Assembly (NCBI GenBank): GCA_050575255.1
Contig: JBNZDD010013605.1
Coordinates: forward strand, 1,821,368 to 1,885,367
Length of the DNA: 64,000 nt
Source: Harriotta raleighana
Taxonomy: Eukaryota
Reading direction: 5' to 3'
In this document: positions 40,101 to 63,988 of the stretch, piece by piece
Position numbering within the stretch: the stretch's first letter is position 1
How the letters are laid out: each line of letters starts with the position of its first letter
Notes under the pieces: generated by a model
Told to the model about the DNA's origin: nothing
The model's input: only the letters and a program-made list of their open reading frames with translations
Database searches by the model: none
Made by a program: the position numbers and the translations under genes

Positions 40101-43100
40101 TCTTAATAGGTTCTGTTCAGTTTTAAGAAATTAGAAAAGGGAAGCTATGGCGATATGTTACAAAGGGGATCTTGTAGAATAATTATACAAGATCTTAAAT
40201 GCGTTTGAAAAATTAATCCCAGAAAATATTTTTACATGTGCAGGAAATGACACGGGTTTAGGTTAATTTCATGTTGGGTCCATGGAAATGTTCCTGTAAC
40301 TAAAATCTCTTCTCATTCTTCTCCTCGCCCCCACCTTCCCTCCCTCCCGCCTCCCTCTTTCCAAGCTGGTGTTAAAGAATTAGATCAATTACTCCCCCAA
40401 CACCATCACCTCCCACCTCTCTATTAACAAGCCGGATCCTTATAATGATCTGTCAAATTCTTCCACTCAAAATTCATTTTGAAGATGGATTTCTGCTAAG
40501 AATCGCTAGACAAATTGTAGAAAAAAACACCATCGAAGTCAGAAAAGCTGGCATCCAAAAACTGACACCAAATAAAAGAATTTGACAATTGCCAGCAAAG
40601 CATCCTTGGGACCCAGTCTGCCCCATGCCCCAAACAGACTTTTAGTCTATATTTCAACATATGGGAGGGGGAGTGGGGGGGGGCGGTGGGAGACGAGAAG
40701 AGCTCGGGGGAATGCAGGAACTGACCACTAAAGTGGCAGCAACATGTGTTTGAAATTAGTCGCTGAATATGGGAGAAATTATACCATATTGTTAAAGTCT
40801 TGCAAAATGATAGCTTCAGGCTACACTGGCTACATTCGCCATGAAAACTGTCCAATATGCTGAAAGCGAGTCTTGTGTGATTATTGGATTCTTCCTGGGG
40901 AATGGGTGTGTGGGGGAGGGGGGGGGGGGCGGGGGGGGGGGGACAGAGGGAAAAAAGTATGTGAGTGTGGGTTGAGAAGGTTGGTGGAATACTATTAGCA
41001 ATACAATTTACATTTAGATATACTGTAGTGCCTTTCACATCAGGAGGACATTCAGAGTACTTTACTATCGTGGCTGATGGTGGGGAGTGTGCGGGCAAGT
41101 GTGGGGAGGAAATGTGATCGAAAGAATGGTCAAAGGGATGTTTTGAAGGGGATTTTAAAAGAGGGGAAGGAGGGAGCGAGTGAATCAGAAGGACTTGGGA
41201 TGGAATCCAAAACTAATGCAGATATAGTACAGTTGTACATGTCTGGGCTATAATGAGCTGATCTGAATACTGCAAGCGTTTTCTATGTTGTGTTCCTCTG
41301 GAGACCTCGGATGTGCTCCACAATGTTCTACTGTTTATAAAACATGTGTTTCTTCTTTTTTTTAAAAAAATCTTCCATGAGGAACATGTTGTAGTGGTCA
41401 GGAAAAGCATTCCNGCTGATCTGAATACTGCAAGCGTTTTCTACGTTGTGTTCCTCTGGAGACCTCGGATGTGCTCCACAATGTTCTACTGTTTATAAAA
41501 CATGTGTTTCTTCTTTTTTAAAAAAAAATCTTCCATGAGGAACATGTTGTAGTGGTCAGGAAAAGCATTCCTGAGTGTTTTAAGACAGCATTTGTTTATT
41601 ACAGTAATATAAATTGGCATCCAGGCAGCTTCTGGGTGTTTGATGTCAAAATTGAAGGCTATTTCCTCCTCATTCCCGACCCTAATGCATAATAATCTCT
41701 GTGACCTTGCCATAGGACAGCTATATTGCTAGGTGGGTGATACAATGTCTTAAGTAAATGATGGGAGGACGTAACTACAGTTTACCCTCGTCGATCGCGG
41801 GGCTTACGTTCCTGGAAAACTGTGCACTCAACAAAATTGCATTGGAGAAGCTTAAGAAGTAATGGGAAAAGGGGGGTCAGGGGAAATCCAGTCGCAGGCT
41901 ACCTACCTCAAGCCTCCAGCACATCCAATGCAAGGAACCTACTGAGGTGGGCTACAGCTGGCTGGCCCGCTCCTCGCTCCGTCCGCCTCTCCCGCTCTTC
42001 TTGCTCCCCACCCACCACTCTTCCTGCTCTCGTCTCTCCTACCACCCAGAAAGTGGGCAAATCGGGGTGGGAGGCAAGCAGAGAGGTGCGGGGCAGCGAG
42101 CCGCTCGGAGGTGGGAGGGGAGGGTGGGAGGACTCGACGAGGTGGGGAGCAGCGAGCCACCCGGAGGGCAGAGTGCTGGGGACACAGAAAAGTTACAGCG
42201 GCTTTGTTATCGCTTTATTGCTATAATAAAGTGATAACAAAGCAGTAAAGCAATAAAAAGAAGCGATAAACCAACGGGGTAGATTAGCCTACATTGCTGT
42301 ACACTTCCTGTCTCTCTCTGTCTCTTCTGTTTACCATGCAACGCAATAAAATTCTCAGAGTCCGAAGCGTTATTCTATTTACCCAGAATGCATTGTGCGT
42401 GGGGATTTGGCTTTAGTCGGGATTAATGCTCGTGCGTGTGGGATCAGCCAGCCGAGGAATCATCAGATTTAGTCGGGAGCTGTCGGCGTCTTCACCCGTG
42501 CGCTGCACAAAAAGTGATGCTTTCGTTTCGTTGAATATACTTGAATTTGCAATCGATAAAAGTCGCCTTCGACGAGTGGGTCACTGTATACCGAACCTGG
42601 AAATGGATCCATTTGCTTTGTGGCTGAGATGGGTTCCGTGTTCACTTCACTGGCTAAACCGTGCGCTCGTTCTTCTCTGTTTCCCCTCGTTGCAGAGTGG
42701 TGCCATGACAGTGGTATGAACTACAAGGTGGGCGAGAAGTGGAATCGCCAGAGTGAGACGGGTCAGATGGTTAGCTGTACTTGTCTGGGCAATGGAAAGG
42801 GAGAATACTCGTGCGAGCCTCGTAAGTGGATTACCTGTTAACCCGCTCTTCCACCCCTTCCCCTCAGGTGGTGTCGCGAGAGGTTGAAGGCAATGCCTTG
42901 GGAAGAGTTCCCGACGGGAAAGGCGCTATCTAAAGGCACAATTTGTTGTTGTGGTTGACTAAAGCGACTGAACTCTTTATTGTTTTATTAGCCTTTTGCG
43001 GTGGTCACCCTCTGGAACTCCATCCCACAATCCCTCTGCTTCGCCATCTCCCTCGCCATCGCCTTCTCTAAGACCCTCCTCTTTTGACAGTTTCTTTAGT

Positions 43101-45746
43101 CGCCCACCTACCCCAACCCTTCCTCGCCCTCCACTCCTCCTGATCCCAACCAGCAGCTTGGGTGCAGATGTTAGTTCCTTGGGATGAAAGGTGCTATGCA
43201 AACATCATCTGTTGCAGAGACCTCAGCTGTGGATTTGCAGCATTGCCGCCAATCCGCCTCTTCTCCAAACCTTGCCAACCTGAGCCTAATACTCTGCTCA
43301 GGCAGCTTGCTTAATACTCTACAAGGGAGTTATCTCCCTGCCTGGCAATCCCCAGCAGCACTAAATGAGTAGTAAGTGAAACGAAGCAAGAGATGCTCTT
43401 TCTCAAGAGTTGCAAGAGCTACTGTTTCTTTTGGTTTTTATCTTGGGATCCTAATGTGACTGTATCTTCTGCTCCCAGATGAAGCCACTTGTTACGACGA
43501 AGGAAACCTGTACAATGTAGGCGAACAGTGGCAGAAAGAGTACCTCGGGACCATCTGCACTTGCACATGCCTTGGAGGACGACAGGTACATTTAAGAGTT
43601 TGGGGATTTTGGTTGCTGCTGTCTCGCCTTTTTTTTTAACTCCAAACAAACACTTTGCAGCTCTTGTCAAGGTAACAACTGCCAGGGTATCTTAACTGTA
43701 ATAATTAATGCTTGCTAGGAGTCCGGCTTCACTCCTCAGCTATATTCACCCCGAACCTGATCGAGAGGAATCTTATCGCGGGTGGCAAATTCCATAGTAA
43801 TTCCTTTATTGCAAAATACCCAGTAGTACAACATGCCATATTTCAAGCCTTCCTGTGACGTGAAAGCTCTTCCTTCAGAGGAGCATGACATGCATGATAG
43901 GACTAGGATTCCTTCCCCAGGAATCCATTTCCAACCCTCCCACATATGTGTTTTCATTGAAACCTGCGATGGTTGGGCTGCAAATTCTCTTCCGGTGGCG
44001 ATGAGGCTTTGAAGTCGAAACCTATTCAGACGGATTAACCCAGGAGTAAGATACCGGGATGGGAAGCAAAGTGTCTATAAAGTGAGAAAAGAGGCTGGAG
44101 AGAGAAACTCCCGTCTTCCCGACTGCCGTCTCGTCTCATCTCACACGCCTCAGCTGTTTCAGCCCATTCCAGCCTGACCTTGGGCACTCCAGGAAGATAA
44201 TGATAAGATAATGATAAACGCAAATTGAATTGTGTGGTAACGCTAATTTCTCCTCCTTATTACAGGCTTGGAGCTGTGAGAATTGCCGTAATCCTAATGT
44301 GGATACCGTGGTGGGAAGCACCCACTCTCAGTCTTCAGAGTCTGCCAACCGAATGCCCATACTGATTCCATCAACATTCGGATCGGGAAGATACGTGCGC
44401 ATAAATGTACAAAAACCCAAACTCTTTTTGCGACACTTCCAGTGACTTGGAGACATAAGACACCTCCCACACTTTTAGCGAGGACCCCCACAAACGGTTT
44501 CACCCATCATAAAAACTATTCGCACACAAGTGTCTCAGACATTCAGTGTCTTCATAAAGGCATGACTGCAGACACCCCAGGAAGCATGATCCAGCTAAAT
44601 TTCCCCCTCCACCCTACCTCCACCCCCGTAACCACCCTAAAGGCAATGCGTGAAATTACCTATAGAATAATATATATTTTTTAAAAACTGGAATAAATAG
44701 AAAAATTACCCTGACGCGTTTTGAAAATATTCAGCGTTTTGTGGAGAGCTCAACATCTGGATCTAATCCAGGATTTCAGAATTCAACCCAGAGAACATTC
44801 TTAGCACGGTCCAACATACAAGGGACAGGGATGTTTCCGCATTGAATAATTTCCGTACTATGTGTCACATGCATGAGACTACCCTGTGCTGTGTGTATCT
44901 ACGGGAGTTGGTCAACAAATCTCACCCCCTCCCCCAATATGAAAATGGGCCTTCATTTTTATGGCTGTTGTGGAACATTATTGAGCTCAAATTGGCTGCC
45001 GCATTCAGCTGCAAATACTTGTTTTCTACACTTTAAAAGAGTATAATCTTGTGAGGCAATTTGAAATGTCACCTAGATAATGTGCAAATATATATATATA
45101 TACTGTATTTGCATCGCCCTAGTTAAAGGTTAATCCTGACCAGTTGTGAATATATTCCTTGCGCTATGGAGAAGATTGGTTCCCACATGGGTAATGAAGT
45201 TCTTTAGTCCACTAAGATTAAGAGTTTTTCTTAAATAATATTCATTGATTCCATCTATTCCATATCCGGGCTTTCTTAGCAATCTGGCTGTAGGTTACAC
45301 TTTGTAAATGATATTTTGCTGGGTCTGTGCTAAAATTGCTCTTCACATACACTCATTTCCTCTCCTGCCCCCCTCTAAATCTTGCTTCACAAATCCCTAG
45401 CATCTTATGATATTGAGTGATATATAAATCTGTACAATTCACCTATTCGCTTCAGGAAGGGGGGGGGTGGTCTTAAAGATAAAACACTTTAGATATCTTC
45501 CAACTGCACACTCTTGATGGAGATGGGAATATCTGGGTGTACGAGGGGTATTAGAGGGACAGTCGGGATTTGAACCCAAGCTGGGGGAGGGTGGGTCAGG
45601 ATCAGGAAGGCTAGAAGGGCGACTGAAGGCAGTTTCTTCCAACTCAACTAATGCTTTTTTTCTAAACACTTGCGTTTCTTTTGCAGCAAATCCAATGCCC
45701 CATCGAGTGCCTCGAGCCGAGGGAACAGCAGGCTGACGGGGAATAA
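854..45746 (+). CDS. FN1: Fibronectin 1, 5'-partial (exons 5-46 in human numbering, 42 exons)
   Basis: Spliced exons with AG/GT boundaries and consistent phases encode I-4..I-6, II-1/2, I-7..9, III-1..15 with EDB/EDA/V, I-10..12 and the C-terminal CPIEC; GRGDSP at 26999-27016; most exon lengths match human FN1. Confidence 0.98.
1334..1486 (+). CDS. FN1: FN1 exon 6, type I-5
   Basis: cag|..|gtaagc; [30 protein letters not shown] (NGR motif). Confidence 0.95.
1783..2090 (+). mobile_element. tRNA-derived SINE, family A (full length)
   Basis: A box TAGCTCAGTGG, B-box-like GTTTGAATCC, body gcgcaattagct, tail ..atcaaattcaagga..(tta)n; many copies in the window. Confidence 0.85.
2661..2822 (+). 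CDS. FN1: FN1 exon 7, type I-6
   Basis: tag|..|gtaagt; [25 protein letters not shown]. Confidence 0.95.
3945..4175 (+). mobile_element. Deu-domain (SacSINE1/AmnSINE1-like) SINE
   Basis: tRNA head ggctcagtgg..tccgagtcagaaggt, then Deu core gatgagccattaaactgaggtcc..ggtggatgt..gatcc..gagggagtttctcccggtgtc. Confidence 0.7.
4224..4400 (+). CDS. FN1: FN1 exon 8, type II-1
   Basis: cag|..|gtaagt; [26 protein letters not shown]. Confidence 0.95.
4894..5076 (+). CDS. FN1: FN1 exon 9, type II-2
   Basis: aag|..|gtatgt; [37 protein letters not shown]. Confidence 0.93.
5405..5557 (+). CDS. FN1: FN1 exon 10, type I-7
   Basis: tag|..|gtctgt; [31 protein letters not shown]. Confidence 0.95.
5656..5682. 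repeat. (TG)n microsatellite
   Basis: Seen directly. Confidence 0.9.
6396..6524 (+). CDS. FN1: FN1 exon 11, type I-8
   Basis: cag|..|gtaagt, 129 nt; [26 protein letters not shown]. Confidence 0.95.
7597..7740 (+). CDS. FN1: FN1 exon 12, type I-9
   Basis: cag|..|gtacag, 144 nt; [28 protein letters not shown]. Confidence 0.95.
9905..10230 (+). mobile_element. Degenerate tRNA SINE (family B type)
   Basis: ttcgattccc B box, gtttccttactccac, ..atcaaatgcaag..(att)n tail. Confidence 0.6.
10360..10478 (+). CDS. FN1: FN1 exon 13, III-1a
   Basis: cag|..|gtaagt; [25 protein letters not shown]. Confidence 0.93.
10630..11050 (+). mobile_element. Degenerate CR1 LINE 3' fragment
   Basis: tacagtgctctggtcaggacacaacttgagtattg..caattctggtcacc resembles the CR1 ORF2 LY..LVRPHLEYC.QFWSP motif; disrupted. 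Confidence 0.6.
11188..11356 (+). CDS. FN1: FN1 exon 14, III-1b
   Basis: cag|..|gtaagt; [27 protein letters not shown]. Confidence 0.93.
12156..12350 (+). CDS. FN1: FN1 exon 15, III-2a
   Basis: cag|..|gtaaga; [33 protein letters not shown]. Confidence 0.93.
12664..12789 (+). CDS. FN1: FN1 exon 16, III-2b
   Basis: cag|..|gtaaat; [22 protein letters not shown]. Confidence 0.93.
12961..13050 (+). CDS. FN1: FN1 exon 17, III-3a
   Basis: cag|..|gtactt, 90 nt; [30 protein letters not shown]. Confidence 0.93.
13294..13488 (+). CDS. FN1: FN1 exon 18, III-3b
   Basis: aag|..|gtacca, 195 nt; [31 protein letters not shown]. Confidence 0.93.
15162..15431 (+). CDS. FN1: FN1 exon 19, III-4
   Basis: cag|..|gtgagt; [30 protein letters not shown]. 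Confidence 0.95.
16763..17029 (+). CDS. FN1: FN1 exon 20, III-5
   Basis: tag|..|gtgagt, 267 nt; [21 protein letters not shown]. Confidence 0.95.
17369..17463 (+). CDS. FN1: FN1 exon 21, III-6a
   Basis: cag|..|gtgaga, 95 nt; [26 protein letters not shown]. Confidence 0.93.
17761..17929 (+). CDS. FN1: FN1 exon 22, III-6b
   Basis: tag|..|gtgagc, 169 nt; [26 protein letters not shown]. Confidence 0.93.
18146..18232 (+). CDS. FN1: FN1 exon 23, III-7a
   Basis: cag|..|gtaatg, 87 nt; [22 protein letters not shown]. Confidence 0.93.
18375..18600 (+). mobile_element. Degenerate CR1 LINE 3' fragment
   Basis: Similar to 10800-10930 (ttttaaatggcattgaaa..gtaaatccag..acaagagga..). Confidence 0.45.
18882..19076 (+). 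CDS. FN1: FN1 exon 24, III-7b
   Basis: tag|..|gtaaaa; [23 protein letters not shown]. Confidence 0.93.
20173..20445 (+). CDS. FN1: FN1 exon 25, alternative extra domain B (EDB/EIIIB)
   Basis: tag|..|gtgaat, 273 nt; [36 protein letters not shown], close to human EDB. Confidence 0.96.
20533..20599. repeat. (TG)n microsatellite just downstream of EDB
   Basis: ~33 TG units with one interruption. Confidence 0.95.
21660..21926 (+). mobile_element. tRNA SINE family A, diverged
   Basis: GGTTCAATTCC B box, gaaaccttgggcaagtttcc, tail aaaagcgctatatcaaatgcaag. Confidence 0.8.
22471..22653 (+). CDS. FN1: FN1 exon 26, III-8a
   Basis: cag|..|gtaaag, 183 nt; [21 protein letters not shown]. Confidence 0.95.
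22742..22905 (-). mobile_element. SINE family A 3' half
   Basis: Reverse complement of the family tail (ataatccttgcatttgatatagcgcttttcac..cagccaattgcgcacagc). Confidence 0.8.
23348..23670 (+). mobile_element. tRNA SINE family A, full length (5' half duplicated at 23159-23319 across an N join)
   Basis: GGAGCTCCTGTGGCTTAATGG..GTTCGTAATCC..(tta)n. Confidence 0.9.
23758..23847 (+). CDS. FN1: FN1 exon 27, III-8b
   Basis: cag|..|gtacaa, 90 nt; [24 protein letters not shown]. Confidence 0.93.
24130..24340 (+). mobile_element. L2-type LINE/SINE 3' end with (TTG)n tail
   Basis: cagcgccttgggacgtcctcctgacgtgaaacgcgctctataagtgtaattttgttgttg; related copies at 59115-59575 and 61140-61265. Confidence 0.6.
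24863..25129 (+). CDS. FN1: FN1 exon 28, III-9 (synergy-site module)
   Basis: tag|..|gtaagt; [30 protein letters not shown]. Confidence 0.95.
25220..25385 (-). mobile_element. SINE family A 3' half
   Basis: Reverse complement of the family tail. Confidence 0.75.
25937..26053 (+). CDS. FN1: FN1 exon 29, III-10a
   Basis: cag|..|gtcagt, 117 nt; [20 protein letters not shown]. Confidence 0.95.
26889..27053 (+). CDS. FN1: FN1 exon 30, III-10b with RGD
   Basis: tag|..|gtaggc, 165 nt; [18 protein letters not shown]. Confidence 0.96.
27286..27441 (+). CDS. FN1: FN1 exon 31, III-11a
   Basis: cag|..|gtcagt, 156 nt; [26 protein letters not shown]. Confidence 0.94.
27887..28267 (+). mobile_element. 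tRNA SINE family A, full length
   Basis: A box TGGCTTAGTGG, B box GTTCGAATCC, (tta)n tail; small internal duplication at N28090. Confidence 0.9.
28857..28970 (+). CDS. FN1: FN1 exon 32, III-11b
   Basis: cag|..|gtatgt, 114 nt; [25 protein letters not shown]. Confidence 0.93.
29875..30144 (+). CDS. FN1: FN1 exon 33, alternative extra domain A (EDA/EIIIA)
   Basis: cag|..|gtatgt, 270 nt; [40 protein letters not shown]. Confidence 0.96.
31122..31150. repeat. (CA)n microsatellite
   Basis: Seen directly. Confidence 0.9.
31840..32027 (+). CDS. FN1: FN1 exon 34, III-12a
   Basis: cag|.., 188 nt; donor contains an N (gnaagt); [33 protein letters not shown]. Confidence 0.92.
32529..32616 (+). CDS. 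FN1: FN1 exon 35, III-12b
   Basis: cag|..|gtacgt, 88 nt; [23 protein letters not shown]. Confidence 0.92.
32741..32917 (+). CDS. FN1: FN1 exon 36, III-13a (heparin-II site)
   Basis: tag|..|gtaaac, 177 nt; [23 protein letters not shown]. Confidence 0.94.
33648..33737 (+). CDS. FN1: FN1 exon 37, III-13b
   Basis: cag|..|gtgagt, 90 nt; [15 protein letters not shown]. Confidence 0.93.
33757..33925 (-). mobile_element. SINE family A 3' half
   Basis: Reverse complement of the family tail. Confidence 0.75.
34244..34423 (+). CDS. FN1: FN1 exon 38, III-14a
   Basis: tag|..|gtacac, 180 nt; [18 protein letters not shown]. Confidence 0.94.
34884..34973 (+). CDS. FN1: FN1 exon 39, III-14b
   Basis: cag|..|gtaagg, 90 nt; [30 protein letters not shown]. 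Confidence 0.93.
36416..36981 (+). CDS. FN1: FN1 exon 40, V/IIICS region plus III-15a
   Basis: CTAAC branch point, pyrimidine tract and aag|; ASTPQLATL aligns to human DELPQLVTL; ends ..[14 protein letters not shown]|gtaatt. Confidence 0.88.
37205..37330 (-). mobile_element. Possible AmnSINE2-like ancient SINE fragment
   Basis: Reverse complement reads gatcttagctggggg..gtgctacaattaagcctcagcctcctgggtaggag..gccagggttc, resembling the AmnSINE2 core from memory. Confidence 0.4.
37928..38066 (+). CDS. FN1: FN1 exon 41, III-15b
   Basis: cag|..|gtaagt, 139 nt; [24 protein letters not shown]. Confidence 0.94.
39348..39518 (+). CDS. FN1: FN1 exon 42, type I-10
   Basis: cag|..|gtgagt; [34 protein letters not shown]. 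Confidence 0.94.
41778..42586. mobile_element. Tigger/pogo-like non-autonomous DNA transposon (MITE)
   Basis: TA|cagtttaccctcgtcga ... tcgacgagtgggtcactg|TA: imperfect TIRs with TA flanks; start CAG..CCCTCG..TCGCGGGG.TTACGTTCC is Tigger-like. Confidence 0.65.
42696..42821 (+). CDS. FN1: FN1 exon 43, type I-11
   Basis: cag|..|gtaagt, 126 nt; [25 protein letters not shown]. Confidence 0.95.
43479..43585 (+). CDS. FN1: FN1 exon 44, type I-12
   Basis: cag|..|gtacat, 107 nt; [33 protein letters not shown]. Confidence 0.95.
44266..44394 (+). CDS. FN1: FN1 exon 45
   Basis: cag|AWSCENCR..; phase-0 donor TAC|gtgcgc is the best candidate but weak, so the 3' end is less certain. Confidence 0.78.
45687..45746 (+). 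CDS. FN1: FN1 terminal coding exon 46
   Basis: cag|[19 protein letters not shown]; interchain-disulfide CPIEC. Confidence 0.93.
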   Translation, partial: QIQCPIECLEPREQQADGE

Positions 45747-46562
45747 GTCTTGAAAGCACTGAAGTGACAGCCGAACTGCTGCGCTGCTACCTAAACACCA
45801 AATCTATCGAGCTTCCAGATTGTGTGTCTGCCTGTATGTGTGTTTGTGCGCGAGCTTGCGTGAGAGAGAAACAAAGAGAGAGAATGCATGCACCCAAATA
45901 CCTTTCGCCAGCTTCAGCACAGCTCCCCGTCACAGCCTGCCTCCCAGCGTTTTGAGTTCGACAGGCTGTCAGCTGAAGGCTTTAGTGACTGGGTTTAAAT
46001 TACTGAAGACCTTGCAATTTTTTTTTTTGGTTTCCTTGAAACACCATTCAGTATTACAATCCCAACCCAAATGCATAGGGTCCCTCTTGAGAGAGAGCGA
46101 GAGACAGTAGAGAGAACCCCTTATGAGACTATGCAATTCTCCTNNNNGAGAGAGAGAGAGAGACAGTAGAGAGAACCCCTTATGAGACTATGCAATTCTC
46201 CTATCCCCATGTCTATTGTATTGTACAATGAGTTAAATGATCATCACTGCTGATAATTTTCCAGAAATGCACACCTTTCTACGCGTTAACCTACAAACAT
46301 CGTCAGGACTAACTGAGTGTTTATATTGATTGATGTTGTAATTTTATAGCTGTAACCTTAAGGAGCTGTTATTTATCAAAACTTTTCTTTCTATGCAGTG
46401 TTTTTTTTACCAAACTTTTTTTTTATATACTGAACACAAACTCAAAAAATAAAAGGGTGAAATCTGACAATTTTTTTTTGGGGGGGAATAATTTACACGA
46501 TTGGTGATGGGCCTGTTTACAGATGCCAAAGCTTTCTACTGTGGGCAGCCAATTCTGGTTTT

Positions 46563-46568
46563 AATAAA
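46563..46568 (+). promoter_or_regulatory. FN1 polyadenylation signal AATAAA (a second one at 46448-46453)
   Basis: AATAAA ~820 nt after the stop, followed by a T-rich tract; preceded by tgccaaagcttt-ctactgtgg, resembling the human FN1 3' end. Confidence 0.7.
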
Positions 46569-46968
46569 GATACTTTTTTTGTTTTAAAACCCTTACAACG
46601 GAGTCCTGTGTTTCACTGGATTTGCTTTTCATGCCAGGAGCACATCTCGGAAGCGCGCACATTACAGGGAGCCAGTTTTACATTCAAGCTTCAAAGAGGT
46701 GGCCAGGAAGAGGGACTCCCAATGATGGACCCTGATGTTTGCTGAGTAGAAGCAGCCAAGCTAATAGTTACAGGAAAGTACAGTGGAATACATGTCTGAT
46801 GCTTGGCTAACCTGCAACAATTCCTCTTTCTCTTCCCCACCACCCCTCCCCATCGCCCCACTTCCCCTAAATCCCAGAGTTCACTTCAACGCCCAACGGC
46901 TGGCTCCCCCTTCATTCCCGAAGTTCCAGCTTCCTAAAAAAATTTCAAAAGATCTGCGTTGTAATCTT

Positions 46969-46974
46969 TTTATT
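46969..46974 (-). promoter_or_regulatory. Probable ATIC polyadenylation signal
   Basis: First AATAAA on the - strand ~180 nt after the ATIC stop. Confidence 0.55.
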
Positions 46975-47151
46975 TCCACAACGAGTTTTGGCCAGTTTTT
47001 TTCCCCCCAAATACAAAAAAAACACATATTCAGGTGTGAAAACACACAAGTCACGGGAATGCATCAAAACACTTCTTGGGGAGTACAATTTGAATCGTAT
47101 CCAACGATGTCAATAATGCGTTCGCTTTGCAAGTTAACTTCTCGCTCGCTC

Positions 47152-62068
<14,917 letters not shown>

Positions 62069-62804
62069 CTTTAATAGGGGATTAAAGTTCAGGCAAAAAA
62101 CAAATGTTAAGAACATCGTAACTGAAGCCAATCAACAATGCAGAGCAGAAGCCTAGTGAGATGGGAGAAATTAAGTTCAACATCAACTGAAATGTAATCA
62201 GAATATGGATGGAGAGTAATAGCTAAGATCTCACAATGTCCCACCCTTCCCCATTGCTCCAGACTAATGCTATGGGGCTTATATTCAATTAAATAATATA
62301 ATAATATTCCCTTTATGTCCTGAATGTTTCATACTGCAATAGCGTTAGCTCCTGCTGATCTTTTGTATGCAATAAGTTTGACTCGATAGCATACGTGCCT
62401 CTGGGTCAGAAGATTACAACTCCAGGATTTACCCTGGGACTGGAGCTGACAAGACTAGGCTAATATTTCTGCTTTAGATAGAGGTTCACCCTTTAATGTT
62501 TCAGCTTCGGAGATCTGTGGCGGTGAGTGACTGCCTTAAAGTGTGCATTCAAAGATTGAAAGATGTTTCAAGGACCCGAGTAACCTGGCTAGTTATTAAT
62601 TTCAGTTCCTGTCTCTGTCTAAGTGTGGCTATCACTAGGGATCTATAAATATCGAACCACTCCTCACTACTGTCTATTTGAGGAGTCTGGATTCCCATCC
62701 AAACAGCTGCTAGCTGTATAGAAGGCAATCTGCCTACGCTTTAAATTATACCCGTGCCTTCTCTTAATGGGTCTAAAATATCTGATTCACTGCTTATGTG
62801 GCTC

Positions 62805-63127
62805 AGCTCCTGTGGTTAGAGCACTCGCCTTACAAGCATGAGGCCTGTGTTCGAATCCAGGCAGATCAGGGCAAAACCTTGGGCAAGTTTCCTTACTCCA
62901 CATGCCTAATAATAATCCCTCCAAAAAAACACACAATAATAAAGAAATTGGTCATTTCAATCCACGATTGTTTGTGGGGGGGGGACGCTGCTGTGCGCAA
63001 TTGACTGCCTCGTTCCGCCCACAAATATACAGTCAATTCACTTTGCGGTATGTTCTGTGAAGCGCTTTGGGACGTTGATAAGATGTGAAAAGCGCTATAT
63101 CAAATGCAAGGATTATTATTATTATTA
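62805..63127 (+). mobile_element. tRNA SINE family A, full length
   Basis: gtggttagagcactcgccttacaagc..GTTCGAATCC..(att)n. Confidence 0.9.
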
Positions 63128-63158
63128 GATGTACAGAGGAACTGTTTCTGTAAGCCAT

Positions 63159-63526
63159 GGAGTCCTGTATCTCAGTGGTTACTCGCTACACACAACAAGT
63201 GAGAGGATCTGGGTTCGATTCCTGGCAGGGTGAAAAATTAGGCAAGTTTCCTTATTAAATTTGCCTCTGTTTACCTAGCAGTAAGTAGGAACTCGGTTAT
63301 TAATTGACTGGTGGGGAAATAATCCCCCCCACCTCTCCCCCCACCCCCCAACAATGTGGACAATCCACAACTGTTTGTGGGACGCTGCTCCGCGGAATTA
63401 GCTGCCACGTTTGGCCACGAAATACACGATACACTCAATTGACTTCACTCTACATTCTGCTAAGCGCTTTGAGACGTCTCGAGGAAGCGATAAGGCATGA
63501 GATCAAATGCAAGGATTATTATTATT
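63159..63526 (+). mobile_element. tRNA SINE family B, full length
   Basis: GGTTCGATTCC, gcctctgtttacctagcagtaagt, tail atcaaatgcaagga(tta)n. Confidence 0.8.
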
Positions 63527-63923
63527 ACTTTCTACCCAGACTAGGTGTCAATCCTGCTGCACAGACTGACAGCCCCCTTTTCACCCTGCAATACGCACAA
63601 TTACTACAGAGTATTTTACAGGACAGTGTATCATGCAAAGCTTGAAGCACTCGGGAGACACCACCCACATGACGGGCGATATGTAAACGGAAGTTCTTGT
63701 TGCTGAAACACAATACGATACTAATGGAAAAAAACGAAGAATCCTCCACAAAATGTCCCAAGCTTTCAGCCACCTCTGCCCACCTCATCCCCTCCAAACT
63801 CTCCATTCATTTAACTCCCCCTCCCTCCCTCCCTCCCTCTCTCCCCACACACACACACATATACACACACAGACAAGCTCACAGTACTGAAACCAGACTC
63901 AGGCCATGCTCTGGGTAAACCAT

Positions 63924-63988
63924 AGAGAGAGAGAGAGAGAGCGCGCGAGAGAGAGAGAGAAAGAGAGATAGAAAGAGAGAGAGGGAGA
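63924..63988. repeat. (GA)n-rich microsatellite
   Basis: Seen directly. Confidence 0.85.
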
